Below are positions 19,740-30,151 of a stretch of 64,000 nt of DNA, piece after piece. Under the pieces are notes generated by a model that was not told where the DNA came from, did not search any database, and saw only the letters and a program-made list of their open reading frames with translations. Source of the stretch: Provencibacterium sp. (GTDB lineage: Bacteria; Bacillota; Clostridia; Oscillospirales; Ruminococcaceae). The stretch is from contig JAAWAN010000020.1 in assembly GCA_022792175.1 (NCBI GenBank), positions 124,745-188,744 of the forward strand, in the 5' to 3' direction. A program made the translations under genes and the position numbers. Every line of letters begins with the position of its first letter. Within the stretch, counting starts at the first letter, position 1.

Positions 19740-20696
19740 ATGAGCATTACCTACTCTGTTTCTTTGGAAAAGCTGATCCGTGAGTTTGATCTGATACCGG
19801 TCTATCTGCCCTGTGACGCGAAAGATATTCTGATTACCTCATCAGATGTGAACCGGCCCGGTATGCAGCTCAACGGCTTTTTTGATTTCTTTGACCGCAG
19901 CCGAATCCAGATTGTCGGAAAGAGCGAAATCGCTTATCTCCGCCAGCTGGAGCCGGAAGAGCTTACAGGCTCCTGCGATAAATTTTTTTCCTATAAGCCC
20001 CCGGTCATTATCGTTTCGCGCGGTCTGGAACCGCTGCCCGCCATGGTACAGGCAGCAGAAAAATATAAGGTGCCGCTCATGCGCACCAATGACGGAACCT
20101 CTGCCTTTATGGCAACTCTTATATCTCTTTTAAATGTGGAGCTCGCTCCGCGCCAGACCTGCCATGGGGTTCTGGTGGAGGTTTATGGCGAAGGGATTCT
20201 TCTTTTGGGGGAGAGCGGCGTCGGCAAAAGTGAAACGGCAATCGAGCTTGTCAAACGCGGTCACCGGCTGATTGCAGATGATGCGGTTGAAATCCGGCGG
20301 GTTTCCAGCCGCACGCTGGTGGGCACCTCGCCGGAAAATATCCGGCATTTTGTTGAGCTGCGCGGAGTCGGCATCATCAATGCGCGGCGGATTTTTGGCA
20401 TGGGCGCCGTTAAAATGACCGAACGGATTGATATGGTCATTCAGCTCGAGCTGTGGGATAAAAAGAAGGTCTATGACCGGATGGGGATGGAAAGCCAGTA
20501 CACCGAAATTCTCGGCGTCTCGGTCACCTCAACGGTTATCCCGGTCAAACCCGGGCGCAATCTTGCCATTATCATTGAGGTTGCCGCCATGAACAACCGT
20601 CAGAAGAAGATGGGCTACAACGCAGCGCAGGAGCTTTTGGAGAAGGTTGGAATGGTCGACCCGGAGGCGGAGAGCAGCGTTTGGGATAACTACTAA
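19740..20696 (+). CDS. hprK: HPr kinase/phosphorylase
   Basis: HGVLVEVYGEGILLLGESGVGKSE Walker A, LIADDAV, ELRGVGII, PGRNLA. Confidence 0.97.
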   Translation: MSITYSVSLEKLIREFDLIPVYLPCDAKDILITSSDVNRPGMQLNGFFDFFDRSRIQIVGKSEIAYLRQLEPEELTGSCDKFFSYKPPVIIVSRGLEPLPAMVQAAEKYKVPLMRTNDGTSAFMATLISLLNVELAPRQTCHGVLVEVYGEGILLLGESGVGKSETAIELVKRGHRLIADDAVEIRRVSSRTLVGTSPENIRHFVELRGVGIINARRIFGMGAVKMTERIDMVIQLELWDKKKVYDRMGMESQYTEILGVSVTSTVIPVKPGRNLAIIIEVAAMNNRQKKMGYNAAQELLEKVGMVDPEAESSVWDNY

Positions 20697-20771
20697 AGGC
20701 TCCCAAAATATTCTGCCTGTCTGTCAGGCCTTTCTTCATCTACAACAGGTTTAAAGGAGGAAGTGCTCTTT

Positions 20772-21494
20772 ATGCATTTCATTGCCGACACGCATACACA
20801 TACCCTTGTTTCCGGACATGCCTATAGTACAATCTGCGAAAATATGTCTGCTGCCGCCAGGGCAGGGATGCGTTTTCTCTGCCTCACCGAGCACGCAGGC
20901 CGGATGCCGGATGCGCCGCACTCTCTTTATTTCGATAACATGAAGGTGCTGCCGGATGTGCTTGACGGCGTATTTCTTATCCGCGGCTGTGAAGCGGATA
21001 TTATGGACACCCGGGGAACGCTCGATCTGCCGGAGCACACGCTAAAAAGCCTTGAATGGGTGATTGCCTCGCTGCACCCGCCGGTCTATCCGCCGGCGGA
21101 TATCGAGGCCCATACGGAAACCTGGATGCAGGTTGCCAAAAACCCTTTAGTGGATGTAATCGGTCACTGCGGCGATGAGCGTTACCGTTTTGACTATGAG
21201 CCGGTCATCCAGGAATTTGCAGCAAATGGGAAGATTGTAGAGATAAACGCCAATTCTTTTCGGGTGCGCAAAGGCAGCAAGGAGAATTGCCGGACGATTG
21301 CGCTGCTCTGCAAAAAATATGGCGTTCGCGTTGTGGTCAGCTCGGATGCACACTTCTGCAGCTGGATCGGCAGGTTTGAACCGATACCGCAGATGCTTTC
21401 TGAAATTGATTTTCCCGAAGAGCTGATTATGAATGCAGATTATGAACGTTTTTCTTCGCTGATGAAGGAGAAGACCGGTCGAGATTTTTCCTGA
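20772..21494 (+). CDS. PHP-domain phosphatase (YcdX-like)
   Basis: DTHTHT..SGHAYST, TEH, GCEA, SLH, GH, SSDAH. Confidence 0.88.
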   Translation: MHFIADTHTHTLVSGHAYSTICENMSAAARAGMRFLCLTEHAGRMPDAPHSLYFDNMKVLPDVLDGVFLIRGCEADIMDTRGTLDLPEHTLKSLEWVIASLHPPVYPPADIEAHTETWMQVAKNPLVDVIGHCGDERYRFDYEPVIQEFAANGKIVEINANSFRVRKGSKENCRTIALLCKKYGVRVVVSSDAHFCSWIGRFEPIPQMLSEIDFPEELIMNADYERFSSLMKEKTGRDFS

Positions 21495-21523
21495 ATATAT
21501 TTACAGATTGGGAGGAAGCATCT

Positions 21524-22477
21524 ATGCATTATTATCTGGGCGTTGATCTGGGTGGAACCAACATAGCTGTTGGAGCGGTGGATGAAAACTGTCAGATTGT
21601 CGGCAGAGGTGTGGTAAAGACCGACCTTCCCCGTCCGGCGGCAGAGATTGTAGAGTCCATTTCCCGTGCATGCACGCTGGCCTTAGTCGATGCAGGGCTG
21701 AAAATAGAGCAGATTGACTGGGTCGGTATCGGTTCTCCCGGTGTGGTGAACAGCTCATCGGGTGAAATTGAATTTGCCAATAATCTTCAGTTTCACAATG
21801 TTCCGCTGCGCCGGATGGTTTGCGACATTACCGGACGGCCCACCTATCTGGAAAATGATGCGAATGCAGCCGCCTATGGCGAGGTTTTGGCAGGCGGCGC
21901 GCGCGGCTATCAGGATGTGGTGGCCATTACGCTGGGAACCGGTGTCGGCGGCGGCATCATCATTGGCGGCCGGATTTATTCTGGTTATAACCATGCGGGT
22001 GCAGAGCTGGGGCATGTAGGCATGTTTTATGGGGGCGAAACCTGCAGCTGCGGCTCTATCGGCTGTGTAGAGACCTTTTGCTCCGCTTCGGCGCTCATCC
22101 GGCAGACGCAGGAGAAAATGAAAGCGAGGCCGGATTCGCAGATGTGGGCGCTCTGCGGCGGCAATATAGAAAAGGTGAGCGGAAAAACAGCCTTTGATGC
22201 GATGCGCGCCGGCGATGCGGCAGGCAGCGAGGTGGTTCGCCAATACTGCGATTATTTGGGTTATGCGGTCAACAGCTTTGTGAACCTTCTGCAGCCGCAG
22301 GTGGTCCTGCTCGGCGGCGGCATCAGCCGCGAAGGGGAGACGCTCCTCGCGCCGGTTCGCGAATATGTCTATTCCCATGGACTGGTCAGCGACCCGAAAA
22401 AGCGCGTGCACATTGAGGCGGCCACTCTCGGAAATGATGCGGGGATTATAGGCGCCGCATTTCTGGGCAACCTGTAA
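21524..22477 (+). CDS. ROK family glucokinase
   Basis: DLGGT, ENDANAAA.GE, LGTGVGGG, ELGH, CSCGSIGCVE zinc motif. Confidence 0.9.
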   Translation: MHYYLGVDLGGTNIAVGAVDENCQIVGRGVVKTDLPRPAAEIVESISRACTLALVDAGLKIEQIDWVGIGSPGVVNSSSGEIEFANNLQFHNVPLRRMVCDITGRPTYLENDANAAAYGEVLAGGARGYQDVVAITLGTGVGGGIIIGGRIYSGYNHAGAELGHVGMFYGGETCSCGSIGCVETFCSASALIRQTQEKMKARPDSQMWALCGGNIEKVSGKTAFDAMRAGDAAGSEVVRQYCDYLGYAVNSFVNLLQPQVVLLGGGISREGETLLAPVREYVYSHGLVSDPKKRVHIEAATLGNDAGIIGAAFLGNL

Positions 22478-22600
22478 GCATAGAATAAAAGCAGAAGGCC
22501 GGAGTGCTTTCCGGCGGGGCATTCCTGAAAGGCGGGCGGGGCAGAGGACAGAAAGTCCTGTTTTTCCAGGGTATGTCCCCCATATTTGGGAGGGATTCGT

Positions 22601-23512
22601 TTGACGGGGAAAATTGCCAGGCTGGCTGAAAAATGCAAAGAGCTCGGCTGCGAATACCGCCTGCAGGAGCCTATGCGGCTGCACACCAGCTTTAAAATCG
22701 GCGGGCCGGCCGATATCTTTCTGTTGCCCGAGCGTCCGGAGCAGATTGCTGCGCTGCTGCCTTTTGCGCAGGAGCTGAACATTCCTCTGCATCTGCTGGG
22801 CTGCGGCTCAAATGTTCTGGTCAGCGATGCGGGGATACGCGGCGCGGTACTGGCTATAAGCGGACGGCTTTCGAAAATAGAACGTCTTTCCCCGCAGAAG
22901 ATTTTCTGTGCGGCCGGTGCAGGCCTCATGCAGCTCTGCCGGTTTGCGCAGAGCGAGGGACTCGGCGGCCTGGAATTTGCTTATGGCATTCCCGGCAGCG
23001 TAGGCGGCGCCATTTTTATGAATGCGGGCGCCTACGGTGGTGAGATGAAGGACATTCTTCTCTCGGTTTCCCACATAACGGCCGACGGAAAGCTGGATAC
23101 GCTCTATGGAGATGCCCTGAAGCTCTCCTACCGCCACAGCGCCTATATGGAAAACGGCTGCTGCATTCTTTCGGCTGAATTTGCCCTTCAGCAGGCAGAA
23201 CCGGATACCATCCGCGCACAGATGGACGAGCTGAAAAAAAGGCGAAAAGAGAAGCAGCCGTTGGAATATCCCAGCGCGGGCAGCACCTTTAAGCGCCCAA
23301 AGGGTGCTTATGCCTCTGCACTCATCGACCAGTGCGGGCTCAAGGGGCTGCGCATAGGAGATGCGGTGGTCAGCGAAAAGCATGCCGGCTTTATCATTAA
23401 CGCCGGCAGCGCCAGCTGTGCCGATGTCTGTGCGCTGATAGATGAGGTGAAACAGCGGGTGCTTTCGCAGACGGGGATAACGCTTGAATGTGAAGTTCGC
23501 CTGCTGAGTTAG
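22601..23512 (+). CDS. murB: UDP-N-acetylenolpyruvoylglucosamine reductase
   Basis: HTSFKIGGPA, GCGSN.LV.D.G, GIPGSVGGA.FMNAGAYG, QPLEYPSAGS.FKRP. Confidence 0.96.
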   Translation: MTGKIARLAEKCKELGCEYRLQEPMRLHTSFKIGGPADIFLLPERPEQIAALLPFAQELNIPLHLLGCGSNVLVSDAGIRGAVLAISGRLSKIERLSPQKIFCAAGAGLMQLCRFAQSEGLGGLEFAYGIPGSVGGAIFMNAGAYGGEMKDILLSVSHITADGKLDTLYGDALKLSYRHSAYMENGCCILSAEFALQQAEPDTIRAQMDELKKRRKEKQPLEYPSAGSTFKRPKGAYASALIDQCGLKGLRIGDAVVSEKHAGFIINAGSASCADVCALIDEVKQRVLSQTGITLECEVRLLS

Positions 23513-23548
23513 AGCAGCAGGCGATGGGAGGACGAAAACATAAAGGGA

Positions 23549-24493
23549 GTGAGCGCATTGTCCTTTTCTTCTGTGCTCAAAAAAGAAATCTGCGGCAACC
23601 GCCCCTTTATTTATGCCCATAAGCAGGCGATCCTGTTTGGAATGCTCCTGGGCGCGCGCTCCTGCGCCCCTGAGAGCATTCTTTTATATACGGAGAATCG
23701 CTGGGTTTCCCGGTTGTTTGCCGAGCTTATTTATGAGCTGGCGGAAATCAAAACGTCCGTCACCTCTACCGAGCAGATTTTAGGGGATGACCGAAGGCTC
23801 TATGAAATCCGCGTGGATACCGCGGAAGACCGAAAAGCCGTACTTGCCTATCTGGCACCGGTAAGGCAGCACTTTTTTGGTTGCATGCCGGACAATCAGA
23901 AAAACCAGGAGTTTCTGCGCGGCGTTCTCTGCGGTGCATTTTTAAGCTGCGCCAACATTTCCGATCCGCAAAAAAGCTATCATCTTGAGTTTGTAGCGCA
24001 TGCCGAGACGGCGCAGCAGGGCCTTTGCACCCTGCTGGATAAGCTGGATATGCGTTTTCGGAAAACGACCCGCAAGGGGATTCCCATTCTCTATGTGAAA
24101 AATTCGGAGGAAATAGAGGATGTTCTCACCCTTCTGGGGGCTGGAAAGAGTGCACTGGAAGTGATGAATGTCAAAATCTATAAGGATATGCGCAACCGGG
24201 TAAACCGCGTTACCAACTGCGAAACGGCCAATATCGACCGCACAGTCCTGGCCTCCTCACAGCAGAATGCACAGATTCGCCTGATTGAGCGGACGGTTGG
24301 CCTCGAGGCGCTTCCTGAAAATCTGCAGCAGATTGCCCGGCTGCGGCTGGAAAATCCCGATATGCCGCTGAGTGAGCTGGCCGCGGCGCTGACACCGCCG
24401 GTTTCTCGCTCAGGCGCGCATTACCGGCTGAGGCAGATTGCCGGCTTTGCAGAGAAGCTGCAGACAGAAGAAAGGAAAACGACCCGGCAATAA
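23549..24493 (+). CDS. whiA: DNA-binding protein WhiA
   Basis: FLRG..GAF, DP.KSYHLEF, RNRVNRVTNCETAN, SRSG..YRL. Confidence 0.93.
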   Translation: MSALSFSSVLKKEICGNRPFIYAHKQAILFGMLLGARSCAPESILLYTENRWVSRLFAELIYELAEIKTSVTSTEQILGDDRRLYEIRVDTAEDRKAVLAYLAPVRQHFFGCMPDNQKNQEFLRGVLCGAFLSCANISDPQKSYHLEFVAHAETAQQGLCTLLDKLDMRFRKTTRKGIPILYVKNSEEIEDVLTLLGAGKSALEVMNVKIYKDMRNRVNRVTNCETANIDRTVLASSQQNAQIRLIERTVGLEALPENLQQIARLRLENPDMPLSELAAALTPPVSRSGAHYRLRQIAGFAEKLQTEERKTTRQ

Positions 24494-24511
24494 GGAAAGG
24501 GGACAGGCAGA

Positions 24512-27500
24512 GTGCAGGACTTTGTCCATCTGCATGTACACAGTGAGTATAGCCTTCTGGATGGTGCCTGCCGCATAGAACGCCTCATCGACCAGGCGGC
24601 TGCTTTGGGACAGCAGGCGGTCGCTATTACCGATCACGGCGTGATGTATGGCGTTGTCGATTTTTATAAATATGCGAAGAAAAAGGGGATTCGCCCCATC
24701 ATCGGCTGCGAGGTCTATGTCGCCCCGCGCAGCCGGCAGGATAAGGTGCACGGGCTGGATTCCAGCCCTTACCACCTGATTTTGTTGTGCGAAAATGAAA
24801 AAGGATACCGGAATCTGACCGAGCTTTGTTCGCTGGGATTTATTGAAGGGTTTTATGGAAAGCCGCGCATCGACCGTGAGCTGCTGCAGGGGCGCACCGA
24901 GGGGCTCATCTGCCTGTCTGCCTGTCTGGCCGGGGAGGTGCCCCGCCGCCTGGGCGAGGGGGATTATGCCGGGGCCCTAAAGGCCGGACGCTTTTACCGA
25001 GATCTGTTTGGGCCGGAAAACTATTTCATCGAGCTGCAAAACCATGGCATACGCGATCAGCAGCTGATTTTGCCGATGCTTGTCCGGCTGAGCAAAGAGC
25101 TGGGCGTCGGTATGGTGGCGACAAACGACTGCCACTATATTGAAAAGGCGGATGCCCGCATGCAGAAGGTGCTCATCTGTATTCAGACCAACCACACAAT
25201 TGATGAAGAAAACGAGCTCGCCTTTGCGACTGATGAGTTTTATCTTAAAAGCGGGGACGAGATGCATAGCCTGTTTGGTTCCTTTGAAGGGGCTATTGAG
25301 AACACCGTGCGCATCGCGCAGCGCTGCCAGGTGGAATTCGAGTTTGGCGTTCATAAGCTTCCCTATTTCCAGGCGCCTGAAGGAGAAGAAAATGAAGTCT
25401 ACTTTCGCCGCCTCTGCTATAAGGGGCTTTATCGCCACTATGGGGAGCATCCGGCGCAGGAGGTGGTTGAGCGGCTGGAGTATGAGCTGCAGACGATTGC
25501 CTCTATGGGCTATATCGATTACTACCTGATTGTTTTCGATTTTATCGATTTCGCCCGCCGTAGCGGCATCCCTGTCGGACCGGGGCGCGGCTCGGGGGCA
25601 GGAAGCCTTGCCGCCTACTGCATCGGCATCACCGGCATCGACCCTATCCGCTATAATCTGCTGTTCGAACGGTTTCTCAACATTGAGCGGGTGAGCATGC
25701 CGGATTTTGATATCGACTTTTGCTATGAACGCCGGCAGGAGGTCATCGACTATGTCATTCGCCGTTATGGAAGCGACCATGTCGCCCAGATTATCACCTT
25801 TGGAACGATGGCAGCTCGCGCCGCCATACGGGATGTCGGGCGCGCGCTGGGAATGAGCTACCAGTCGGTGGATGAGGTGGCCAAAGCCGTTCCGATGGAG
25901 CTGGGGATGACCCTCGAGCGTGCACTTAAAAATTCTCCGCGGCTGCGTGAGCTGGAGCAGGGGAGCGCGCAGGTGCAGGAGCTCATCCACATGGCGAAAA
26001 AAATTGAGGGGATGCCCCGGCATGCCTCCACCCATGCGGCAGGCGTTGTCATTACCCGCGACCCGGTCATGCAGTATGTGCCGCTGGCCAAAAATGATGA
26101 GGCGATTGTTACCCAGTTTCCCATGACGACGCTGGAGGAGCTGGGGCTTTTGAAGATGGATTTCCTGGGGCTGCGCAACCTGACGGTTATCCACCATGCC
26201 GAGCAGATGATCCGCCGGCAGAAGCCGGACTTTGATATGGAAAAAATCCCTCTGGATGATCCCGGCGTTTATGAAATGCTTTCGCAGGGGGATGCCGTTG
26301 GGGTGTTCCAGTTTGAATCCTCCGGTATGCGCCAGGTAATGGCGCAGCTGCACCCGCAGAGCATTGAGGATTTAACGGCGGTCATCTCGCTTTACCGTCC
26401 CGGACCGATGGAGTCCATCCCGCGCTATATTGAAAACCGGCATCACCCGGAAAAAATCACCTATGAAACCCCGCTTCTGGAGCCGATTCTCTGTGTAACC
26501 TACGGCTGCATCGTCTATCAGGAGCAGGTGATGCAGATCTGCCGCTCGCTGGCGGGCTATTCCTATGGACATGCCGACTTGGTGCGTAAGGCGATGGCGA
26601 AAAAAAAGGCTGATATCATGCTGCGGGAGCGGGAGGCATTTGTGCATGGCGCCCGCCGCGAGGATGGGACGGTCGAATGCGTCGGCGCGGTAGCAAACGG
26701 GGTGGACGAAAAGACGGCCAACCGGATTTTCGATGAGATGGTTTCCTTCGCTTCCTATGCCTTTAACAAGTCCCATGCCGCTGCTTATGCGACCGTCGCC
26801 TATCAAACTGCCTTTTTGAAACACCACTATCCCAAAGAATATTTTTCAGCACTGCTCACCAGCATACAGGATTATACCGATAAAATGGTCGAATATATCC
26901 ATGAAATCCGCAAAATGGGGATACAGGTTCTGCCGCCGGATGTAGGGGAGAGCATGGAAGGCTTTACTGCATCAGCAGAGGGGATTCGCTTTGGCCTGCT
27001 GGGAATTAAAAATATTGGACGGGGGCTGATTGCGGCCATTCTGGCCGAGCGGCAAAAGAGGCCGTTTTTAGGTTTTATTGATTTTTGCGAGCGCACCTGC
27101 GGCCGGGAGCTCAACCGCCGCGCGCTCGAAAGCCTGATTAAAAGCGGCGCGCTCGATTCTCTCGGCAATAACCGGCACGAAATGCTCAGCGGGTATGAGG
27201 CGGTGCTTGCAGACACAGAGGCGCAGAGAAGAAGCAACCTTGCCGGTCAGCTGAATCTTTTTGAAGGAGTAGACAGTTCGGCGGCCACCTCCCGTTTACT
27301 GCAGCGGCAGGAGGAATTTTTGCCTGCGGTTCTGCTGGAAATGGAAAAGGAAGTGACTGGCATCTATATCTCCGGTCACCCGCTCGATGCCTATACCGAA
27401 ACGGCAAAGGCAATAGGGGCGCAGGAGATTCGCTCGCTGCTCAGCCTTGAGGAGCCGCCTGCCGGAAGGGGGCATTCGGAACGGACGGCAACCCTCCTTT

Positions 27501-28036
27501 GCATCATCGCTTCCCGTAGGCTGAAGGCCACCCGAAACGGCCAGATGATGGGTTTTGCCATCGCCGAGGATCAAACCGGCCGGATGGAGATGCTCGTTTT
27601 CCCCAGGGTACTTGAGCGAACCGGCGCACTTTTCAGCGAGGGAAAGATTGTCGCCGCGAAGGGAAGGGTTGCTGTTCAGGAAGAAGAGGAGCCCAAATTC
27701 CTGCTGGAGGAGCTGCTGGACCCGGCCTCTTTGCCTGCCTCTGCAAAACCGGCAACAGCTTCGGCAGAAAAGCCGCAGGAGCCGACTGCCGCCCAAAAGA
27801 GCGGTGGAAAACGTAGCGGCCTTTATCTCAAGGTATCCTCCCGGCTGGACAGCCGGTTTGAAGAGGCCTGTGCGTTGCTCAAAAGAAACCGGGGGAACTG
27901 CCCGGTCTACATCTATGTAAATGATGAACAAAAGCTGATGCAGGCGCCCCAGGCGCTGTTTATTCGCTATACGGCAGCCCTGCATGAGCAGGCAGCCCTT
28001 TTGCTGGGGCAGGAAAATGTAAAATTTGTTTCATAA
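24512..28036 (+). CDS. dnaE: DNA polymerase III alpha subunit (DnaE)
   Basis: HLHVHSEYSLLDG PHP domain, GRGS.AGSL, MPDFDIDF, KMDFLGL, YAFNKSHA; no intein visible. Confidence 0.97.
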   Translation: MQDFVHLHVHSEYSLLDGACRIERLIDQAAALGQQAVAITDHGVMYGVVDFYKYAKKKGIRPIIGCEVYVAPRSRQDKVHGLDSSPYHLILLCENEKGYRNLTELCSLGFIEGFYGKPRIDRELLQGRTEGLICLSACLAGEVPRRLGEGDYAGALKAGRFYRDLFGPENYFIELQNHGIRDQQLILPMLVRLSKELGVGMVATNDCHYIEKADARMQKVLICIQTNHTIDEENELAFATDEFYLKSGDEMHSLFGSFEGAIENTVRIAQRCQVEFEFGVHKLPYFQAPEGEENEVYFRRLCYKGLYRHYGEHPAQEVVERLEYELQTIASMGYIDYYLIVFDFIDFARRSGIPVGPGRGSGAGSLAAYCIGITGIDPIRYNLLFERFLNIERVSMPDFDIDFCYERRQEVIDYVIRRYGSDHVAQIITFGTMAARAAIRDVGRALGMSYQSVDEVAKAVPMELGMTLERALKNSPRLRELEQGSAQVQELIHMAKKIEGMPRHASTHAAGVVITRDPVMQYVPLAKNDEAIVTQFPMTTLEELGLLKMDFLGLRNLTVIHHAEQMIRRQKPDFDMEKIPLDDPGVYEMLSQGDAVGVFQFESSGMRQVMAQLHPQSIEDLTAVISLYRPGPMESIPRYIENRHHPEKITYETPLLEPILCVTYGCIVYQEQVMQICRSLAGYSYGHADLVRKAMAKKKADIMLREREAFVHGARREDGTVECVGAVANGVDEKTANRIFDEMVSFASYAFNKSHAAAYATVAYQTAFLKHHYPKEYFSALLTSIQDYTDKMVEYIHEIRKMGIQVLPPDVGESMEGFTASAEGIRFGLLGIKNIGRGLIAAILAERQKRPFLGFIDFCERTCGRELNRRALESLIKSGALDSLGNNRHEMLSGYEAVLADTEAQRRSNLAGQLNLFEGVDSSAATSRLLQRQEEFLPAVLLEMEKEVTGIYISGHPLDAYTETAKAIGAQEIRSLLSLEEPPAGRGHSERTATLLCIIASRRLKATRNGQMMGFAIAEDQTGRMEMLVFPRVLERTGALFSEGKIVAAKGRVAVQEEEEPKFLLEELLDPASLPASAKPATASAEKPQEPTAAQKSGGKRSGLYLKVSSRLDSRFEEACALLKRNRGNCPVYIYVNDEQKLMQAPQALFIRYTAALHEQAALLLGQENVKFVS

Positions 28037-28051
28037 TTCACAGCAGGGCGC

Positions 28052-28080
28052 TTGATTATCAGGGTGTGATTCGCTATAAT
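28052..28080 (+). promoter_or_regulatory. SigA-type promoter of pfkA
   Basis: TTGATT - 17 bp - TATAAT. Confidence 0.65.
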
Positions 28081-28139
28081 GGAACTCGATGAAGATACAT
28101 AGAGAATAAAAGCGGTTCATCAGGCTTTAAAAGGAAAAG

Positions 28140-29126
28140 GTGGAAGATATGGTGGAGAACAGAAAGAAAAAAATTGGTGTTTTAACCAGCGGCGGCGATG
28201 CGCCGGGTATGAATGCAGCTATCCGTGCGGTGGTGCGCTCCTCAATTGCAAAGGGACTGGATGTGGTAGGCGTTCGTCACGGCTACAACGGGCTGATTAG
28301 CGGGGATATTTTTGATATGAACCTGCGCAGCGTTTCGGAAATCCTCCATCGCGGCGGTACCATTCTGTATACTGCGCGCTGCAAGGAGTTCCGCACACAT
28401 GAAGGTGTTCTTAAAGCCAAGGAGACCTGCGAAAAGCTCGGGATAGACGGGCTGGTGGTTATCGGCGGCGATGGGAGCTTTCGCGGCGCGCGCGACCTCT
28501 CGCTGGAGGGGATTCCCTGCGTGGGCCTGCCGGGAACGATTGACAACGATATCTCCTGTTCGGATTACTGCATTGGCTTTGATACCGCTCTGAATACGGC
28601 GGTGGAGGCGGTGGACAGGCTGCGCGATACCTCTCAATCGCATGATCGCTGCAACGTGGTTGAAATCATGGGCAACGGTGCGGGTCATCTTTCGCTGGAG
28701 TGTGGCATTGCCTGCGGCGCAAGCGCCATCTGGGTCAACGAAGTCGATTTCGATGTGGATGCCAGCATCATCCAGCGCATTCTTGAAACGGGGAAAACTG
28801 GTAAGCACCATTTTATCGTCATCGTCGGCGAAGGCATCACAGATGTGCACTCACTGGCCAAATATATTCAGGAGCGCACTGGCGTGGAATCCCGTGCCAC
28901 CGTTTTAGGCCATATCCAGCGCGGCGGCTCGCCCACGGCTAAGGACCGCATTATGGCAACCCAGTTAGGTTTCCATGCTGTTGAGCTGCTCGAGAAGGGG
29001 ATTGGCAACCGGGTAGTGGTCATCCGCAGAAACCGCGTGGTGGATTTTGATATTCTGGAAGCACTGCAGATGAAGAAAGAAATCGACCACCGGCTCTACG
29101 ATATTGCAAAAATGATTAACATCTGA
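28140..29126 (+). CDS. pfkA: ATP-dependent 6-phosphofructokinase
   Basis: LTSGGDAPGMN, GGDGSFRG, PGTIDND, EIMG, LGHIQRGG. Confidence 0.97.
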   Translation: MEDMVENRKKKIGVLTSGGDAPGMNAAIRAVVRSSIAKGLDVVGVRHGYNGLISGDIFDMNLRSVSEILHRGGTILYTARCKEFRTHEGVLKAKETCEKLGIDGLVVIGGDGSFRGARDLSLEGIPCVGLPGTIDNDISCSDYCIGFDTALNTAVEAVDRLRDTSQSHDRCNVVEIMGNGAGHLSLECGIACGASAIWVNEVDFDVDASIIQRILETGKTGKHHFIVIVGEGITDVHSLAKYIQERTGVESRATVLGHIQRGGSPTAKDRIMATQLGFHAVELLEKGIGNRVVVIRRNRVVDFDILEALQMKKEIDHRLYDIAKMINI

Positions 29127-29353
29127 GCCCCTGTGTTCAGTGTATTTTGCCGGGCGGCTGGTCTAGCAGCCGCCCTTCCTTTTTATATGTCGAGCCTGTT
29201 TTCTGATTTTTATATAGTCGACGCACTTGGAAAAGTGCGCGAGCAATGTCCATAAAGTTTGGCGCAGGGCTGCATTTGCGGTCACATGCAGCGGTATTCG
29301 CCGCATGTGAAGTGCGTTGACGATAAAATGCCGGGAGGCACCAGGAGGCTATA

Positions 29354-29962
29354 ATGAACAAAAAAAACAAGTATGCTACATGGCGGGTTGCTTTACAGAC
29401 CTTTGGGACATCGATTGTCGCCATTATCTTTTCTTCGCTTCTTACCCTGTCGCTCGGTGGGGTTTCAGATAACTTTTTCTGGACAGCGCTGATGCAGCTA
29501 TTATCCCTGCTGATCTATGTTTCGATAATCTATTCTCCCAGCTGGTATTGCGGCGACCATGATTCCAACTCTGTCCACTTCGGCCGGATGCAGGAGGACC
29601 TCAATAAGGGGATCAAAATAGGTCTTTTAACAATGATTCCCTATATGCTGACACCGGTTCTTCTGGTTCTCAGCAAGCTTCAGGCATTTGGCATAGTCGA
29701 TCTCGGCTTCGTCTACCGCATTCTGAATATGCACCTGCTGTATGCGATCAACTGGCTGATCCCGCCGGAGAAGCTGGTTGCAGAGGTCTCCTGGCTGGCC
29801 ATTATTGGCGTCTGGCTCTATCATCTGATTATTCCTGTGACCTGTGCGGTTGCCTACCGATTGGGCTATATGCATGTTTCCATCAGCGAGCGGCTGATTT
29901 TCAAAAATCTGCCCAAAAATCCGAAGAGCTCCGGTAAAAAAAATCAGAAAAAGAGAGGATAA
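29354..29962 (+). CDS. Hypothetical membrane protein
   Basis: About four hydrophobic segments, basic C-tail, SD AGGAGG; followed by an inverted repeat. Confidence 0.75.
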   Translation: MNKKNKYATWRVALQTFGTSIVAIIFSSLLTLSLGGVSDNFFWTALMQLLSLLIYVSIIYSPSWYCGDHDSNSVHFGRMQEDLNKGIKIGLLTMIPYMLTPVLLVLSKLQAFGIVDLGFVYRILNMHLLYAINWLIPPEKLVAEVSWLAIIGVWLYHLIIPVTCAVAYRLGYMHVSISERLIFKNLPKNPKSSGKKNQKKRG

Positions 29963-30151
29963 AGTTCTCAGATTCCTCAGGCGGAGCGATGCTTTCGCCT
30001 GAGGAATCCCTTTTTGGGCCCGCTGCATATCTGTGCCGACATGCGGCATATCCATAAATCAAAAGAATATGCCAAAGGGAGAGGGCGTCAAAGCAGTGCC
30101 CCGCCTCCTCCTTTTGGAAAAGGATTTTGTTTATGGATGGGAGGAAACCGG

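Noticed and set aside
30020-30055. Possible sporulation sigma (E/K) promoter before the CwlD-like amidase
   Set aside because: ATA-17-CATA is present but the -10 does not complete the consensus; too weak to call.
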